DNA from: Moniliella sp. 'wahieum'
Lineage: Eukaryota
NCBI GenBank assembly: GCA_003971905.1
Contig: RSEE01000134.1
Span: 124,001 to 153,121, forward strand
Reading direction: 5' to 3'
Length of the DNA: 29,121 bases
Shown piece by piece: positions 11,426 through 23,271 of this stretch. The notes beneath the pieces were generated by a model. The model did no database searches. It saw only the letters and a list, made by a program, of their open reading frames with translations, and was not told the DNA's origin. Both the position numbers and the translations under genes were made by a program. Numbering within the stretch: position 1 is the stretch's first letter; every line of letters starts with the position of its first letter.

Positions 11426-12559
11426 CTACACCTCTCTGGGACGAATGTCCCACTTGAAACCAAAATCGGGATACGCACCCATGATGATGTTGCGGACCAA
11501 CGAAGATCCCCACTCTACGCCTTTGTCTGAGGATCGGGCGGGGCCGCTGTAGGTTGCCACCACTTCCGTTTGTACACTTGGACCGTGCGCATCCGTTGGG
11601 TTTGCCACAACTCTCCCACCATGAATTCATCCTTTTCAATTCCAGTCGTTTCCTCGACCATAACCGCAGACGTCCTTGGTCCCCCTTCACTAGCTTGTTC
11701 GGGTTGGATGATTGGGTTGGCACACCAATCGTGGATCTCATAGTAATTGGGGATCGTAGAGCCGATGGGGGTGGGAATCGCACCCTCCTGCTGGTTGTAC
11801 CTTCTATGCCGTAGGATTTCAAAATACATTGAGACCACCGGGCTGCCCCGTCGCGCTCTAAGCACGCCAAGCCGCCGACGGCCACCTGGACTTGATCTTC
11901 GAAGGCCATCAGTTGGTCTCAAAGAAAGGCGGGAAAGCGGCTGAGTTCGCGTGTATCTCAAAGGATGCGGGTTAGCGGTTGAGGCTTGTCGCAGTGACGA
12001 AAACCCGACAAGAAACCGTCTAGCTCCGTCTTCGGTTCTCTGCGGCGCTTAAACCTCACCTGGGCGGTCGGGGTGAGGGCGGGGGGGAAGTAGATGCAGT
12101 ATGGCCAACAGCGGGAGCTGCGATCATCAGGGACGCTGGACTGGCTTGTGCCAAGAACCAGATACCGACGTAGCGATCGGGAGACGTCGTGGCATCTCGC
12201 AGTTGCCACGTCAAGCGGCCTCGGTGGGCATTTGAGTGGGAAAGGTGAGACGCGGCCAGTGGCGGGGGTGGACTGGACGTTGACGCTGACGAGGATCATG
12301 CCCTTGTACGACGGCTGGACCCACCACGACTTGCGCCTGTCCTCCGCGGCATCAAGGGATCGAGCAGGCCGTCCCGCGGTCCTGCGGCGGTCAGACGTCC
12401 TGCCACGCCATGGCGACCGCCGGCGGTGGCTGCTCCCAGTGAGCAGGGAGCGTGAGCGTGAGCGTGGGCTGAGCGTGAGCGTGGGCGTGAGCGTGGGCGT
12501 GGGCGCCGAGTTGGCGTCGGCAAACCAAGCGCTAAGCACTTCTGAAATAATCCGCTCAT
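11426..12559 (-). CDS. Probable hypothetical protein (frameshifted, probably one intron near 12059-11957)
   Basis: Contiguous overlapping minus-strand ORF pieces from ATG 12559; GTGAGG donor at 12059 and GCTAAC branch at 11976-11971. No recognisable domain; boundaries uncertain. Confidence 0.4.
12448..12505. repeat. Hexamer microsatellite (GAGCGT/GGGCGT)n
   Basis: Directly visible. Confidence 0.8.
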
Positions 12560-12771
12560 GCTATTTGCGGGCGGGCTGCGCGTCGCGTCCCGCAACGAAC
12601 GGGTCGCGCACTCAAAGCGGAACGGAAGGATTGATTGCGTGGCAGGCGCCATCACCACCACCCCGACCCCCCTGCTTGCGTCTCCATGGTGTCGCCCAGC
12701 ACCAGCCCCGAATTTTCCGCCTGGCGCCTCGGCCTCGGCTTCTGCGCCGGCGCCTGTGCCTGCCACCCGTG

Positions 12772-13513
12772 ATGAGCACAGCGACGGCCCTCCCGCTGAC
12801 GACGGAGAGCCTGAGCCCGAACAAGCTAGAGCACGACGAAGAGGAGGAGAGACGTTGAAGAAGAAAAGACGAGGAAGAAGAAGAAGAAGAAGAGTGCACG
12901 AAGATCACTCTGACGAGGAGGACCACGCTCCCCTTCCTGACAAGGAAGAGGGGGCTGCGGTTGCTCCCCAAGAGAACGAGGGAGGCGAAAGGCAAGGGGA
13001 GTGCTAAGGGCACGGCTCGGCGCAAAGGTGCCCAGCCTCCCGCATTGGGATCCACTTCCTTCCCCCTTGCCCGGGTTACCCGCATCCTCAAGGCTGACGA
13101 CAACCTGGAGCAGGTCTCGCGCGAAGCCACCTTTCTCATCACCATTGCCTCCGAACTCTTCCTCAAGACGGTCGCTGAGCGAGCGTACGCATTAGGTCGA
13201 TTGGAAGGAGGCGCCACATTGCCTACCGCGACGTGCAGGAGGCCGTGGCCAAGGACAAGCATTGGGACTACCTCCGAGACGTGGTACCCGACCCCATCTC
13301 GTACAAAGACGCACTGGCCCAGCGCGAGCAGCTCGCCCAACAAAAGTCCAATGCTGCCGCCGACTTTTTCGGTTTACCCCCCGTTGTCGGCCTGGAGCGC
13401 TCCCCCTATGCGGAGGATATGAGCATGCCCCCTCCGCTCCCCATGGTGCGTATCCAGAAGACGGCGGGGCGCTCCTGTCAGGCGAGTCGGACGTGGAGAT
13501 GAAAGAGGGTTAA
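12772..13513 (+). CDS. H2A-like histone-fold protein (CBFD_NFYB_HMF; DNA polymerase epsilon Dpb3/POLE4 or CHRAC1-like), frameshifted
   Basis: Acidic/basic N-terminus, then FPLARVTRILKADDNLEQVSREATFLITIASELFLKTVAERAY...IAYRDVQEAVAKDKHWDYLRDVVP. Confidence 0.85.
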
Positions 13514-14845
13514 GTCTCCCGCTCGGGTCATTGCATGCCTTTCTATGTCTCGCCCTCCAACCCATACAGATACCACTGTTGGTTCTCAGTCTCGCATTAC
13601 GCAGGAAGGCGGAGAGGGCCTTGCAGATCCGCACAACACCCCGACGTGTTTCTCCTCACCCAACATCGTTGCGGCTCGAGGAGAATGACCGATAGGAGGT
13701 GGGGTTGCATTTCTTCCGCTTCAATCACCTTCCTGCCTGGCAGGAGCGGAGCAGGCACAGAACGTGGTAATGACCAGGTAGCCCAGCTTGCGCTAGTAGT
13801 CAGTCCAGGTTCGCTCATACTTGAAACTGCTTGTCGCTCATCCACATCCTTCGACCAATCCTCTGCTCCACATGCATGACACTCTGGTCCGCACCCCCCC
13901 CCCCCCCCAGTGGCAGGGCAAGACGTGATACCATGTCGTGTATCCTGGACACCACCTGTGGGTCCCACTGTGGATAGGGGAGGTGTCGAGAAGAGGGATC
14001 GCTGCGGCGTCTGTGTAGACACCACGCACCTTCCCGGCATTGACATAGATGGTTCCACTATGGAGGGCGGGGGGCCATGGTCAGCGGGATCAGAGGCTGA
14101 ATTGTCCACTGCTAAGAGGCATGGGCGAGTCCGACACTACCACAATACCGATGTCGGACAGCTTTCATGTACGCAGCGACTGAGGTCGCGCTCTGTGCCC
14201 GCAGGGCTCATTGGCTGCCACCTGGCGGGCGAGCTCGCGATGGCGCTTCCTCTCTTGTCTATGGAGAACGTATCTACGATCGATCGATGCCTACATACTA
14301 GGCGATTCCAACATGATGCTCTTTTGCCCACACTTCCGTCATGTGACCTACATGCTCTGTGCTGTGGAGGCCCGGCTTCCGGTCAAGCGCACGATCTCAG
14401 CTTGGCCCTGATATAGATATCATAGCAGGTCCCGACAACTGGGGCGAACCCGGCCCTTGAGCAGTTCCAGCACCACGGGGCAGGACGTGAGACGCGAAGC
14501 CGAATGACGCGAATGACGGAGGGTGTGACTGAATTGAAGGAAGAACCACTGTAGTTTCCGCCTGGGCATGACAGACTGGAGTTCATGTTTGACCAACTGC
14601 ACACGGTAGTCACGGAAGTGCTGCTGATCACCTCGCGCCGAGCTATCGAGCCCCACATTCAGTTCGACTATGACACGCATGGGTCTGGGTGCAGCACGCA
14701 GCAGACAGAGAACAAAATGGATCAATCAATGTTGTGCATGTTTTATTGGGAGGCACGGTGGGCATCGTACGAGTATAGGAGGAGGTAGTATACATGGCGA
14801 ACATGCCAGCGCTCTTCAAGCTGGGCGGTGAAGTGTCACATCATC

Positions 14846-16558
14846 TCACACCTGCGGCCCGGCCTTGACCACCGCCGGCGACAGGTCCGAGTTGTAGCGG
14901 ATCATCGCCTCGCCAAACTTGGAGGCGAGCGAGCGGATCTCGAGCTCAAACGCCTTGGCGTCCGGCCAGGCCTTGCGCGGGTTGAGCAGTTCCGACGGCA
15001 CGTTCGGCACCGCCTTAGGCACCTGCAGGTTGAACACCTCAAAGTTCTCGTACTCCGCCTTGGAGAGCGAGCCGTCGTGGATGGCATCAATGATCGCACG
15101 CGTGTACTTGAGTGGGCACCGCTTGCCAATCCCAAACTTGCCCCCCGTCCAGCCCGTGTTGACCAACCAGCAGTTGACATTGTGCTTGGCCATTCGCTCG
15201 GCCAACATGGCCGCGTACCGGCCCGGGTGCAGGACAATGAAGGGCTGGCCGTAGCACGTAGAGAAGGTGGGCGAAGGCTCCGAAATGCCATCCTCAGTGC
15301 CGGGCGTCTTGGATGTGTACCCAGCAATGAAGTGGTATTGGGCCTGTTCGGGCGTCAGCTTGGACACGGGAGGCAGCACACCGTACGCGTCACAGGTGAG
15401 CATGACAATGTTGCTGGGCTGGTTGGTGGACAAGCAAGGGATCTTGGCGTTGGGGATAAAGTCGATGGGGTACGCGCACCGCGTGTTTTCCGTGATCGAG
15501 ACATCGTCGTAATCCGGCTCGCGCGTGTTCTTGTCGTACACGACATTCTCCAGAATCGAGCCAAAGCGGATGGCGCGGTAGAGCAAAGGCTCCTTCTCCT
15601 CGGTGAGCCCAATGCACTTGGCGTAGCAGCCACCCTCAATGTTAAACACACCCGTGTCCGACCAGACATGCTCATCGTCACCAATCAGCAGACGGTTGAC
15701 ATCGGCAGACAGCGTCGTCTTGCCCGTGCCCGACAGACCAAAGAAGAGCGTCACATCGCCCTTGGGGCCCTCGTTGGCCGACGAGTGAAGCGACAGCTGG
15801 CCAAACTTGACGGGCTGGAGGTATGCATGTAGGTAAACACACCCTTCTTCTCATCGCGTATTCGGTACCAAGAATGACCATCTCGCGGCGCTTGAAGTTC
15901 ACCTCGACCGACGTGGGCGAGGTCATGCCGGCCGTGAACCGGTTGGCCGGGAACTGACCAGCATTGAAGATGGTCAAGTCGGGCTCGCCCCAGTTCTCCA
16001 GCTCCTCGCGCGAGGGACGGATAAGCATGTTGTGCATGAAGAGCGCGTGGTAGGCACGGGCGGTAATGACGCGCACCTTGATGCGGTACTTGGGGTCCCA
16101 GCCGGCGTACCCGTCAAAGACGTAAATGTCGTCGCGCGTGTTGAGGTAGTCAATCGCACGCTCGCGGTTGATCTCAAAGGTGTGCTCGTCCATCTTGATG
16201 TTGACAGGGCCCCCTGTATGCGACGCGGGTTAGTACACACGGCGGTAGGCATGGAGGGAGAAGAAACGAACCCAAACATCGTCCTTGGACGTCTCCTCAA
16301 AGACAATGCGCTTGTCCTTGGGCGAGCGGCCGGTCTTCTTGCCGGAGAAGTTGATCAGCGCGCACCATTGGCGGCAATGACGGCACCCTCCTTGGCCATG
16401 GCCTCCTCGTAGAGCTCGGCGGGGGATGCGTTGCGGCGGATGTTGACGCGGTTCATGTCAAAGCCGGCCTGGGAGAACATGGCGAGGTCCTTGCCAAGCA
16501 GCTTGTACTCGGGGTTGTGGGTGGGGAGTTCATCGTGGTGGTTGCCAGGGGACGTCAT
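14846..16558 (-). CDS. PCK1: Phosphoenolpyruvate carboxykinase (ATP); one intron about 16271-16214; frameshifted
   Basis: [49 protein letters not shown]-loop [51 protein letters not shown]. Confidence 0.97.
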
Positions 16559-16614
16559 GATGGGGGCGAGGGAGGTGCGGGTGGCGGCGGGAGGAGGCGG
16601 GAGAATGGGTGCTC

Positions 16615-16622
16615 TATATATA
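16615..16622 (-). promoter_or_regulatory. TATA box candidate for PCK1
   Basis: TATATATA about 60 bp upstream of the ATG within otherwise very GC-rich DNA. Confidence 0.55.
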
Positions 16623-17754
16623 GACGGCGTGCGTGTAGCTGAGGTGAGGCGGCTGGTTGGGCTGCTGAAAGCCGAATTGGGCAAGCGTGGGCAGGGCGGG
16701 CGAAGACGGGCGGGGGCACGGGGCACAGTCCACCCCGCGTCCGAGCGTTTCAGCGCGCGGCGGCGGAGGCACTACGCCGCACTGGGTGTTCTGCGCCCGG
16801 CGCACGGGCCGGGGTTTGGTTGGGCTGGGCGGGAGAGTGCTCTGGCTATCTTCGCTTGGCCCGCTCGGGCCGCCGCCGCCGATCACCGGTCACTCTGCCC
16901 CGCCCAACCCTAGCCGCCGCCGCAGCCAGCGCCGCTAGCCCCCGTCGGGGCGACCCGGGGCGGCGACCCGGGCGCGGCCGAGGCGGCGGCGGGCGCTGCG
17001 GGTAGGGCACAGGCGCACACATCGGGCCATGCTTGTCAGCACGCCGTCAGCACACCCTGGCGCCCCTGGCAGCGCCGCCGAGGGCACAGGGCACAGGGCA
17101 CAGTGGCGCGTGCACGCGGCTGCCCACTCGCACCGCACCCTTAGGCCTTAGGCCTCGGGCCCCCCGGAACATCGTGTGCGTCTGCCCGGGCCGCCCCGGC
17201 AGCAGCCGCGTAGCCTCGCGCGCCCCCCTCGCCCCTCGTCCTCCCAGCGTCGGCTCAGCGTCTCTGCCCCGATCCCGCCGGCAGGCAGCCGCCGGCCCAC
17301 CCCCCACCCACCGGCCCTGCCCACCCCGCTCCGCCCCGGCCGGGGACCACAAAGACAAGAAACGCGAACGACAGCAGACTTACTTGCAGCAAACGTCGCT
17401 TTCGAGAGGGGTGAGATCTGAGATCGCCTCAACGACCCTACACAGCGACATCAACCAGCCAGTCGCCCACCCGGCCGCGCTGCGGAGCACGAACGACACC
17501 AAGGGACGACAACGGCTACACATCTGAACAGGCACTGAACCGACCGTGGGAACCGAGCTTGGCCACATGCACGCGCCCCCCACCTGGTCGCGCCAAGATA
17601 CTGGGGGCTCACCGGCGTTAACCCGCACAGCTGCGTCGTCTTTCTCCCTCTGCCTCTCCTTCACTCTCCCCCCTCTCTCCCTGCTCTGCTACGCACGTGT
17701 TTTCGCCACGCTCTCGTACCGCTTCGCCAAGAGGACGCTTCATGGACGAGAACC

Positions 17755-17982
17755 AGGAGGGTGGACCGGTCCACCGCCCGTGACGGTGGCCGCCCGGGAC
17801 CGTTGGAACCGTGTCTGCGGTGGTAGCAGTTTCCGATCAAGGATAGTCAATTGCCCAGTGACCAAGGTGGCGACGACGGAACGGTTCCTGACAAAGGCCA
17901 AGAGGAAGGGACGAGGATGGCGACGACGGAACGGTGGCCACGATCGCCCAGCCGGACCGAAGGCGCAGTGGCTGCCGTGACC
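17755..17982 (-). repeat. Diverged dispersed repeat, copy B
   Basis: Reverse complement resembles 3658-3850. Internal direct repeat tggcgacgacggaacggt occurs twice; 16-bp palindrome ggtggaccggtccacc at 17760-17775. Confidence 0.45.
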
Positions 17983-18344
17983 CTAAAGGGCACCCCACGA
18001 AGGAGCACCCCAGGCGGGGTAGGGGCCAAGCGGCGCGGCAGGTTGTCCACCGCGGCCTCCATCTACCCCTGGGTGTCCCATGCGAGCCATGCTTCTCTGC
18101 TACTGACTACAGAACGGTGTACTATGCCGCGGCGAATGGGATGGAACGTTAACCTATGCTGCATGCCGTAGTGAAGGTCTCTCTGGATGATGGAAGAGCT
18201 TTCTACCTGCTCAAACAACCACGATGGTCGCAGTAGGCGCCCGCTTACCCATCTATCACCGTTGCTCTCATGCTTCAGTGCAGCATCTTCCCCACAGAGG
18301 GGATGAACATCGAGGTAAGGTGAATGATGATATGCATTGCTACG

Positions 18345-19260
18345 GTCCTACACATGGTTGACGTTGAAGACGGCGATGACATGCTTGAAGGTGTGGGTGC
18401 AGGCTGGAGATGGCGAGTACAGGCTTGATGGCGAGCACATGTTTGGGGATGGCGAACGCAGGTTTGGGGGTGGTGGGCACATGCTTGGAGATGGTCCGCA
18501 CAAGGTTGAAGACGGTAGGAACAGGCTTGATGGAGAACACATGGTTAAAGGCGGTGGGCACAAGCTCATGGTAAGCGCAGGCTTGAGCCGGCAAGCACAC
18601 GCTTGGACGTGGCCGGCTCGCATCTTAAGACATAGTCGGCACAACCTTGGACACGCCAGACACCGGGTTGACGCAACAGATTCCGTCAGGCGAGCGCAAG
18701 CGTGGAGGCGAAGACAGAGCACCACGATGTGCACATCGCGATCTTGACCATTGCCGAGACGGCGGCAGATGGGTCACACAACCGTGTCAATGATAGAGGA
18801 GAGTGATGTGGTGATGGGCAAGAGGCTGGTACAAGAGCGGGTCAGAAGCAGGGCGGCATGGGATGGAATGAGATGACATGCTTACAGATGCGCGTGACGA
18901 GGTTGCACACGGCCCAGAAGACGTTCGAGATGGCCAACCCAAGCAGGGCGACAGCAGGGGCGGTCAAGATGGTGCAGATGGACCAGCAGCGCGTGGGAAT
19001 CGGGCGGCGTGGCAAGCTGCACGGTGTGCTTAGATATGGGCGAGACAAGTGGGGAGATGGACGAGACGAACGTCCAGATGGCCAACTCAAGCGCGGTGGT
19101 GGTGGTGACAGGCAAGGCGGTGACGATGGATGGCCAGCGCGCCAGACTGAGGTCAGCAGGAATGCGCAATGACATGCACCATGACCTGCTTCCGCATGGG
19201 CGAGACGATGGTGGCGATGGCCGAGACGATGGCGGCGATGGCCGCATGAACCGTTCCGAT
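18345..19260. repeat. Degenerate 18/21-nt minisatellite region
   Basis: Units such as atggcgagcacatgtttgggg, atggcgaacgcaggtttgggg, gtggtgggcacatgcttggag, atggtccgcacaaggttgaag. Looser 21-nt periodicity resumes at 18870-19130. Confidence 0.7.
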
Positions 19261-21206
19261 GGCCGGGGCGTGTGCGGGAGGACGACGCACGGCAGTTGGG
19301 CAGGTGGGGACGAGACAGAAAAAGCCAAGGCGGGGGATGGAAAAGGCACAGAAGAGAGGGTCTTCGGAGGCCCGGGGGAGGGAAGACAAGGCGCGGGGAC
19401 GCACAGGAGATGGGGAAAGGGCGCTGGGAATGGAGCCTAAAAGGGCAAGCGACCGTGGGAGGCAGAGGGCAACGCCGGCAGGGATGATGGGCGGATGACG
19501 GTGGCCAGAAGGCAGCATTCCGTAGTCAGCGTTCCGCCGCTGCTGGCTGACACTTTGAAAATAGCAATGCGCAGATCCGCAGCCACACTGTCTCAGCCCC
19601 GCTGTCTCCCACCCACAGCACACAGGCCCTGCGCCCGAGATGTCAGTTTCGCCAGACAGCAGCCGCCCCGTTTTGCCCCCTTCGCCCCGCCGTTCCAAGG
19701 GAGGACTGAATCGGGCGGAGGTCTGAAACTACACGGGGTGGAAGGCTGTCTCACTCCAATTGACCCTGGCCCAATCTCCAGCAGGATATATGGTTCGGTA
19801 TCTTCCAGGCATCGTGTGGAGGTGTGTGAGTATTAGGCTCAATCGAAAGCTACGATGCTCACAGGAAACACGAGCTGTCTCGCTTTCGCCCGTCTACAAT
19901 GTTGGCCGGGAGGTCCGAGCGCCAATCACCTCTAAGCCACATTGACCTGGTCAGTTTTCTGGATCTTGGGCCGTGACGCAAACGATTGCTTCTTGCGGAT
20001 CGACGTGGACCCATAACGGCGTTGCGTCCTGCACCGTGTCTTTCAAGTGGTGCACTCGGTCACTGAGGCGGGACCGGGCGGGACGCCAATGGGGGCGCAG
20101 TTCGAGTGGGTGCTGTTGGCATGCTAAGCGCGCTAAACTCATCCTGCTCTAGGTGTTTCGGGCAAGCGCCGAAAGACAAACGCTGCTGATCCGGGGAAGC
20201 GAGTGGAGGAGCGTGGCCTGGACGCTGGCCATCGTGCCGCTGGGCTGCTGGGTTGCTCTGCTGGGGTCGACGGGAGCATGCCAATCAGCGCCTGCGCTTC
20301 CGCACGCCGAGGGCTGGGTCCAGGCGCCAGCACCAGCGGAACACCACAGCAGGCGGAATATCACGGGCCATGCCACAATGCACCGATCGGCGATAGGTGG
20401 GGTAGATGGCGTCTGAGCCGGTGCTACTAGTACTCCTCCCGCCGAAGCTATCATAATGTTGGTCCAGATGCAAAAGTGTTGTTGGGAGAGAAGCCTTCCG
20501 GTCTTGGATGTGCTCAATTCCCCCTTTCTCAAACCATGGGTTCCCCAACTGTGGCAGAGCGGCCCGATTCATGTGCTCACATTCATCCGCCACCGCAACC
20601 CGAGACAGATAACGTCTCTCGAGCGCCCATATGATAGGCAATACAAATTGAGATAACTAGGAACCAGTATTAGCCAACTATTATGGCAACTGCCTACATA
20701 GTACGCGCAGAACTCAAAGTGGGCACAACGCTCACGGTTCAGGCAAGACAAATTCCATTCGCTATGAGGCTCTAGATGGTTCCGGCTGGGATCAAGAACG
20801 GGGGATGAAGATGATCATGAAGATGAGAAGAAGATACTGAGCGGTTTGAATTCTGGACTCATCACAAGAATTCCCACCTGACCGCGACCAACTCTCCATG
20901 GCCGGGGAGGGTGGGAGTGTGTATGAACAAACCACAGGGCATACTGAGAAAGAGGCAATGGAGCGGAAAGAACTGAGCATGGATGGCGATGGGGAGATCT
21001 AGTTACAAGGCATATGTGGTGGTGGGAAAAAAGGGAGAAACGGAGAGAAGAATGAGTAAGAGATGAGCAACAGGACATGGCGAGAACAAGAACGAAACAA
21101 GAGATTGCGATCGAGCAGTGGGGGGGGCGAGTGGACGAGGCAAATTTAAGGCAGGACACTTTTGTGCGTGCGAGCACAAACCAACACATAGTATCCGTCC
21201 CCCTGT

Positions 21207-22422
21207 TTACCACGACATGTCAACGAGGAAGTTTTTGTCGATGTTCTCGTTGGGCCCCTCGTCACGGGGTAAAACGCTGCCAAAGATACGGTCCCACACA
21301 CGCGTCTGTTTACCGTAGTTGCCCGAGTGCTTCCATCCACGGCGGTGGTGAATGTCGTGATCCTCCATGGTGATGTCCATGTCAAGCGGCTGCAGGAGGA
21401 ACGGGAACGCCTGAAACGCAGTGAAGTAGAGTCGAACGCCGGCGTGCCCGAACATCTCGACAACCGTTACCATCGCAGTGCAGAACCACCATTCGTAAAA
21501 GTTGGGGCGCAGGAATGAAATGGGAGCCATGGTGAGCCACGTCAGGAGTGGAATGCCTACCATGTCAAACTCTCCTGCTCATCGTCGGCAAACAGGGTGA
21601 GGAGCGTGTTGGGGTGGCGTGACAAGTGATGGGTGCGGTGGTAAGGCCAGAGGGAATCCGACTCGTGCATGATCCGATGGTACCAGTAGTAGTAGAAATC
21701 GAGCGTCCACGTGTAGACAGCCATCTGGATGGGCAGTTGCCAGCGAACCGTGGGTTTCGAGTCGGCGTCCCACGTGGTCATGACCTCCATAAAGATCCGC
21801 TGGCACACGGTAGAAGAAGGCTGGCAGCAACCTTCCCGCCCATGGCATCGGGCACTTGGTCTCGTGGCGAAGCCGAGTCAAAGTACCCATACTTGACGCC
21901 GAGGTCGCGGCACTTCCAGATCACCGCGATGCCCAAGTGGTAGTAAAACAGCATGTAGAACGGAATCGCGGCCCACTTGTTGATGCCTGCCTGGGAGACG
22001 GGCGACGGCTGGTCCTTGTAGAGCACGTCGTTGAACAGGTACGAGATGGCGTACTGGATGATGAAGGGGGGCGCAGCGCGCACCATGGCCCAGCGGAACT
22101 GGGTGAGAGGCGAAAGGTAGGGGACAGGCGCCTTGGGGTCGACGTACTTGGGCTCGTCCGCCAGAGGCCAAAGGTCGAGCAGAGTCAAGAGGTGGGCGGA
22201 CCAGTCCTTGGGCGCGTCGGGGTTGGACCTCCATTCGGAGCGAAAGTTGGAGTTGCCCATGCTGATCTTGCGGACTTCGGCAATGTTCTCGTCGAGGTCC
22301 GCAGCGCGCATGTAGGCTGGCGCGTACTCGTCGTCGGCTGGGCGGGTGGCGGCGGCGCGGCGCGGAGTGGGAGGATGCTGCTCGCTGATGGCGGTGGCGG
22401 TGGCGGTGGCGGTGGCGGTCAT
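21207..22422 (-). CDS. Fatty acid hydroxylase / sterol desaturase superfamily protein; frameshifted
   Basis: His boxes DFYYYWYHRIMH, YHRTHH, GHAG and HDIHH, then NYGKQTRVWDRIFG; hydrophobic segments; N-terminal (TA)n from a GCGGTG repeat. Confidence 0.92.
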
Positions 22423-22940
22423 GGCGGCGACTGGCGGCTGGGACAAGGGGGTGGGTGGGTGCAGTGGGTTACTTATCAGAGGGGCGAGCATGTGGGGACG
22501 CGAGCGCGCTGGGTGGGACAGGGCTGGGCAGCAGACGATACGAGAGGCAGGCAAGGCCAGCAGAAGGGCCCACCGCTGGGGCCCACCGTGGGGGCTGGGG
22601 TGGGAGCACGGCAGAGGGTGTTGAAAGAGCAAGAGCGGCTGAAAGAGGAACTTCCTCTTTCAACACATCAGATCCATCCCTGATGCGAGACTAGAGCCCT
22701 GGTGGACGTGGCTCGTAGTATGCAATGCATTATAGTTGCTTTAAGCTGCCGGCCATTGTCGGTTGTAGCATTGCCATATACCCGGCCTTGCAGCTGGCTG
22801 GACAGGCGTTGGGGTGGAGTGGGACATGCGATGGGCGCTATATCCGACACATCCTAACCCAGTCCGCTCGGGGCGCCCGTCGTTGAGCCCACTATATTTC
22901 CTCTACTGAACGCTAATACAATGGCAAACCCCAGGCAGGG

Positions 22941-22983
22941 CTCAGCCTGCCTCGGCCTGCCTCGGCCTGCCTCGGCCTCAGCC
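22941..22983. repeat. 10-bp tandem repeat (CTCGGCCTGC) about 4 copies in the divergent promoter
   Basis: ctcagcctgc ctcggcctgc ctcggcctgc ctcggcctca. Confidence 0.85.
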
Positions 22984-23271
22984 GGGGCGCGCAGGCACCC
23001 CGTCCGTGCCTCTGCGGGAGGGTGCCCACGCCCACCCAGCCCCCTGACGCCTGATGCCTGGGGCCGGACGCCTGACCCAGTGGCAAATGACGCGGACGTC
23101 CCAGAAGGACGCACGGGCGCCGCTCACTGCTGGCAACATCGTCTAGTTTTTCTTCGGCGGTTTGCGGCATCGGGGCGTCGGCGAAAGAGCATAAGACGCA
23201 CGTGCCATCCAGCATCGTTTTGCCCTTCGTTTCCTCCCACACCGCCACCAACACCCCCTACCACATCCACC

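Noticed and set aside
13530..14800. Short ORFs between the histone-fold gene and PCK1
   Set aside because: No recognisable domain or consistent splice model; a frameshifted orphan gene cannot be excluded.
14828..15832. 334-aa plus-strand ORF
   Set aside because: Antisense mirror of codon-biased PCK1.
18345..19260. CRISPR-like array
   Set aside because: Eukaryotic context, contiguous degenerate units without unique spacers, no cas genes.
19500..20750. Possible transposase or gene remnant (short ORFs, KTGRLLS occurring twice)
   Set aside because: No DDE, RT, tyrosine-recombinase or Rep/helicase motif; similarity too short.
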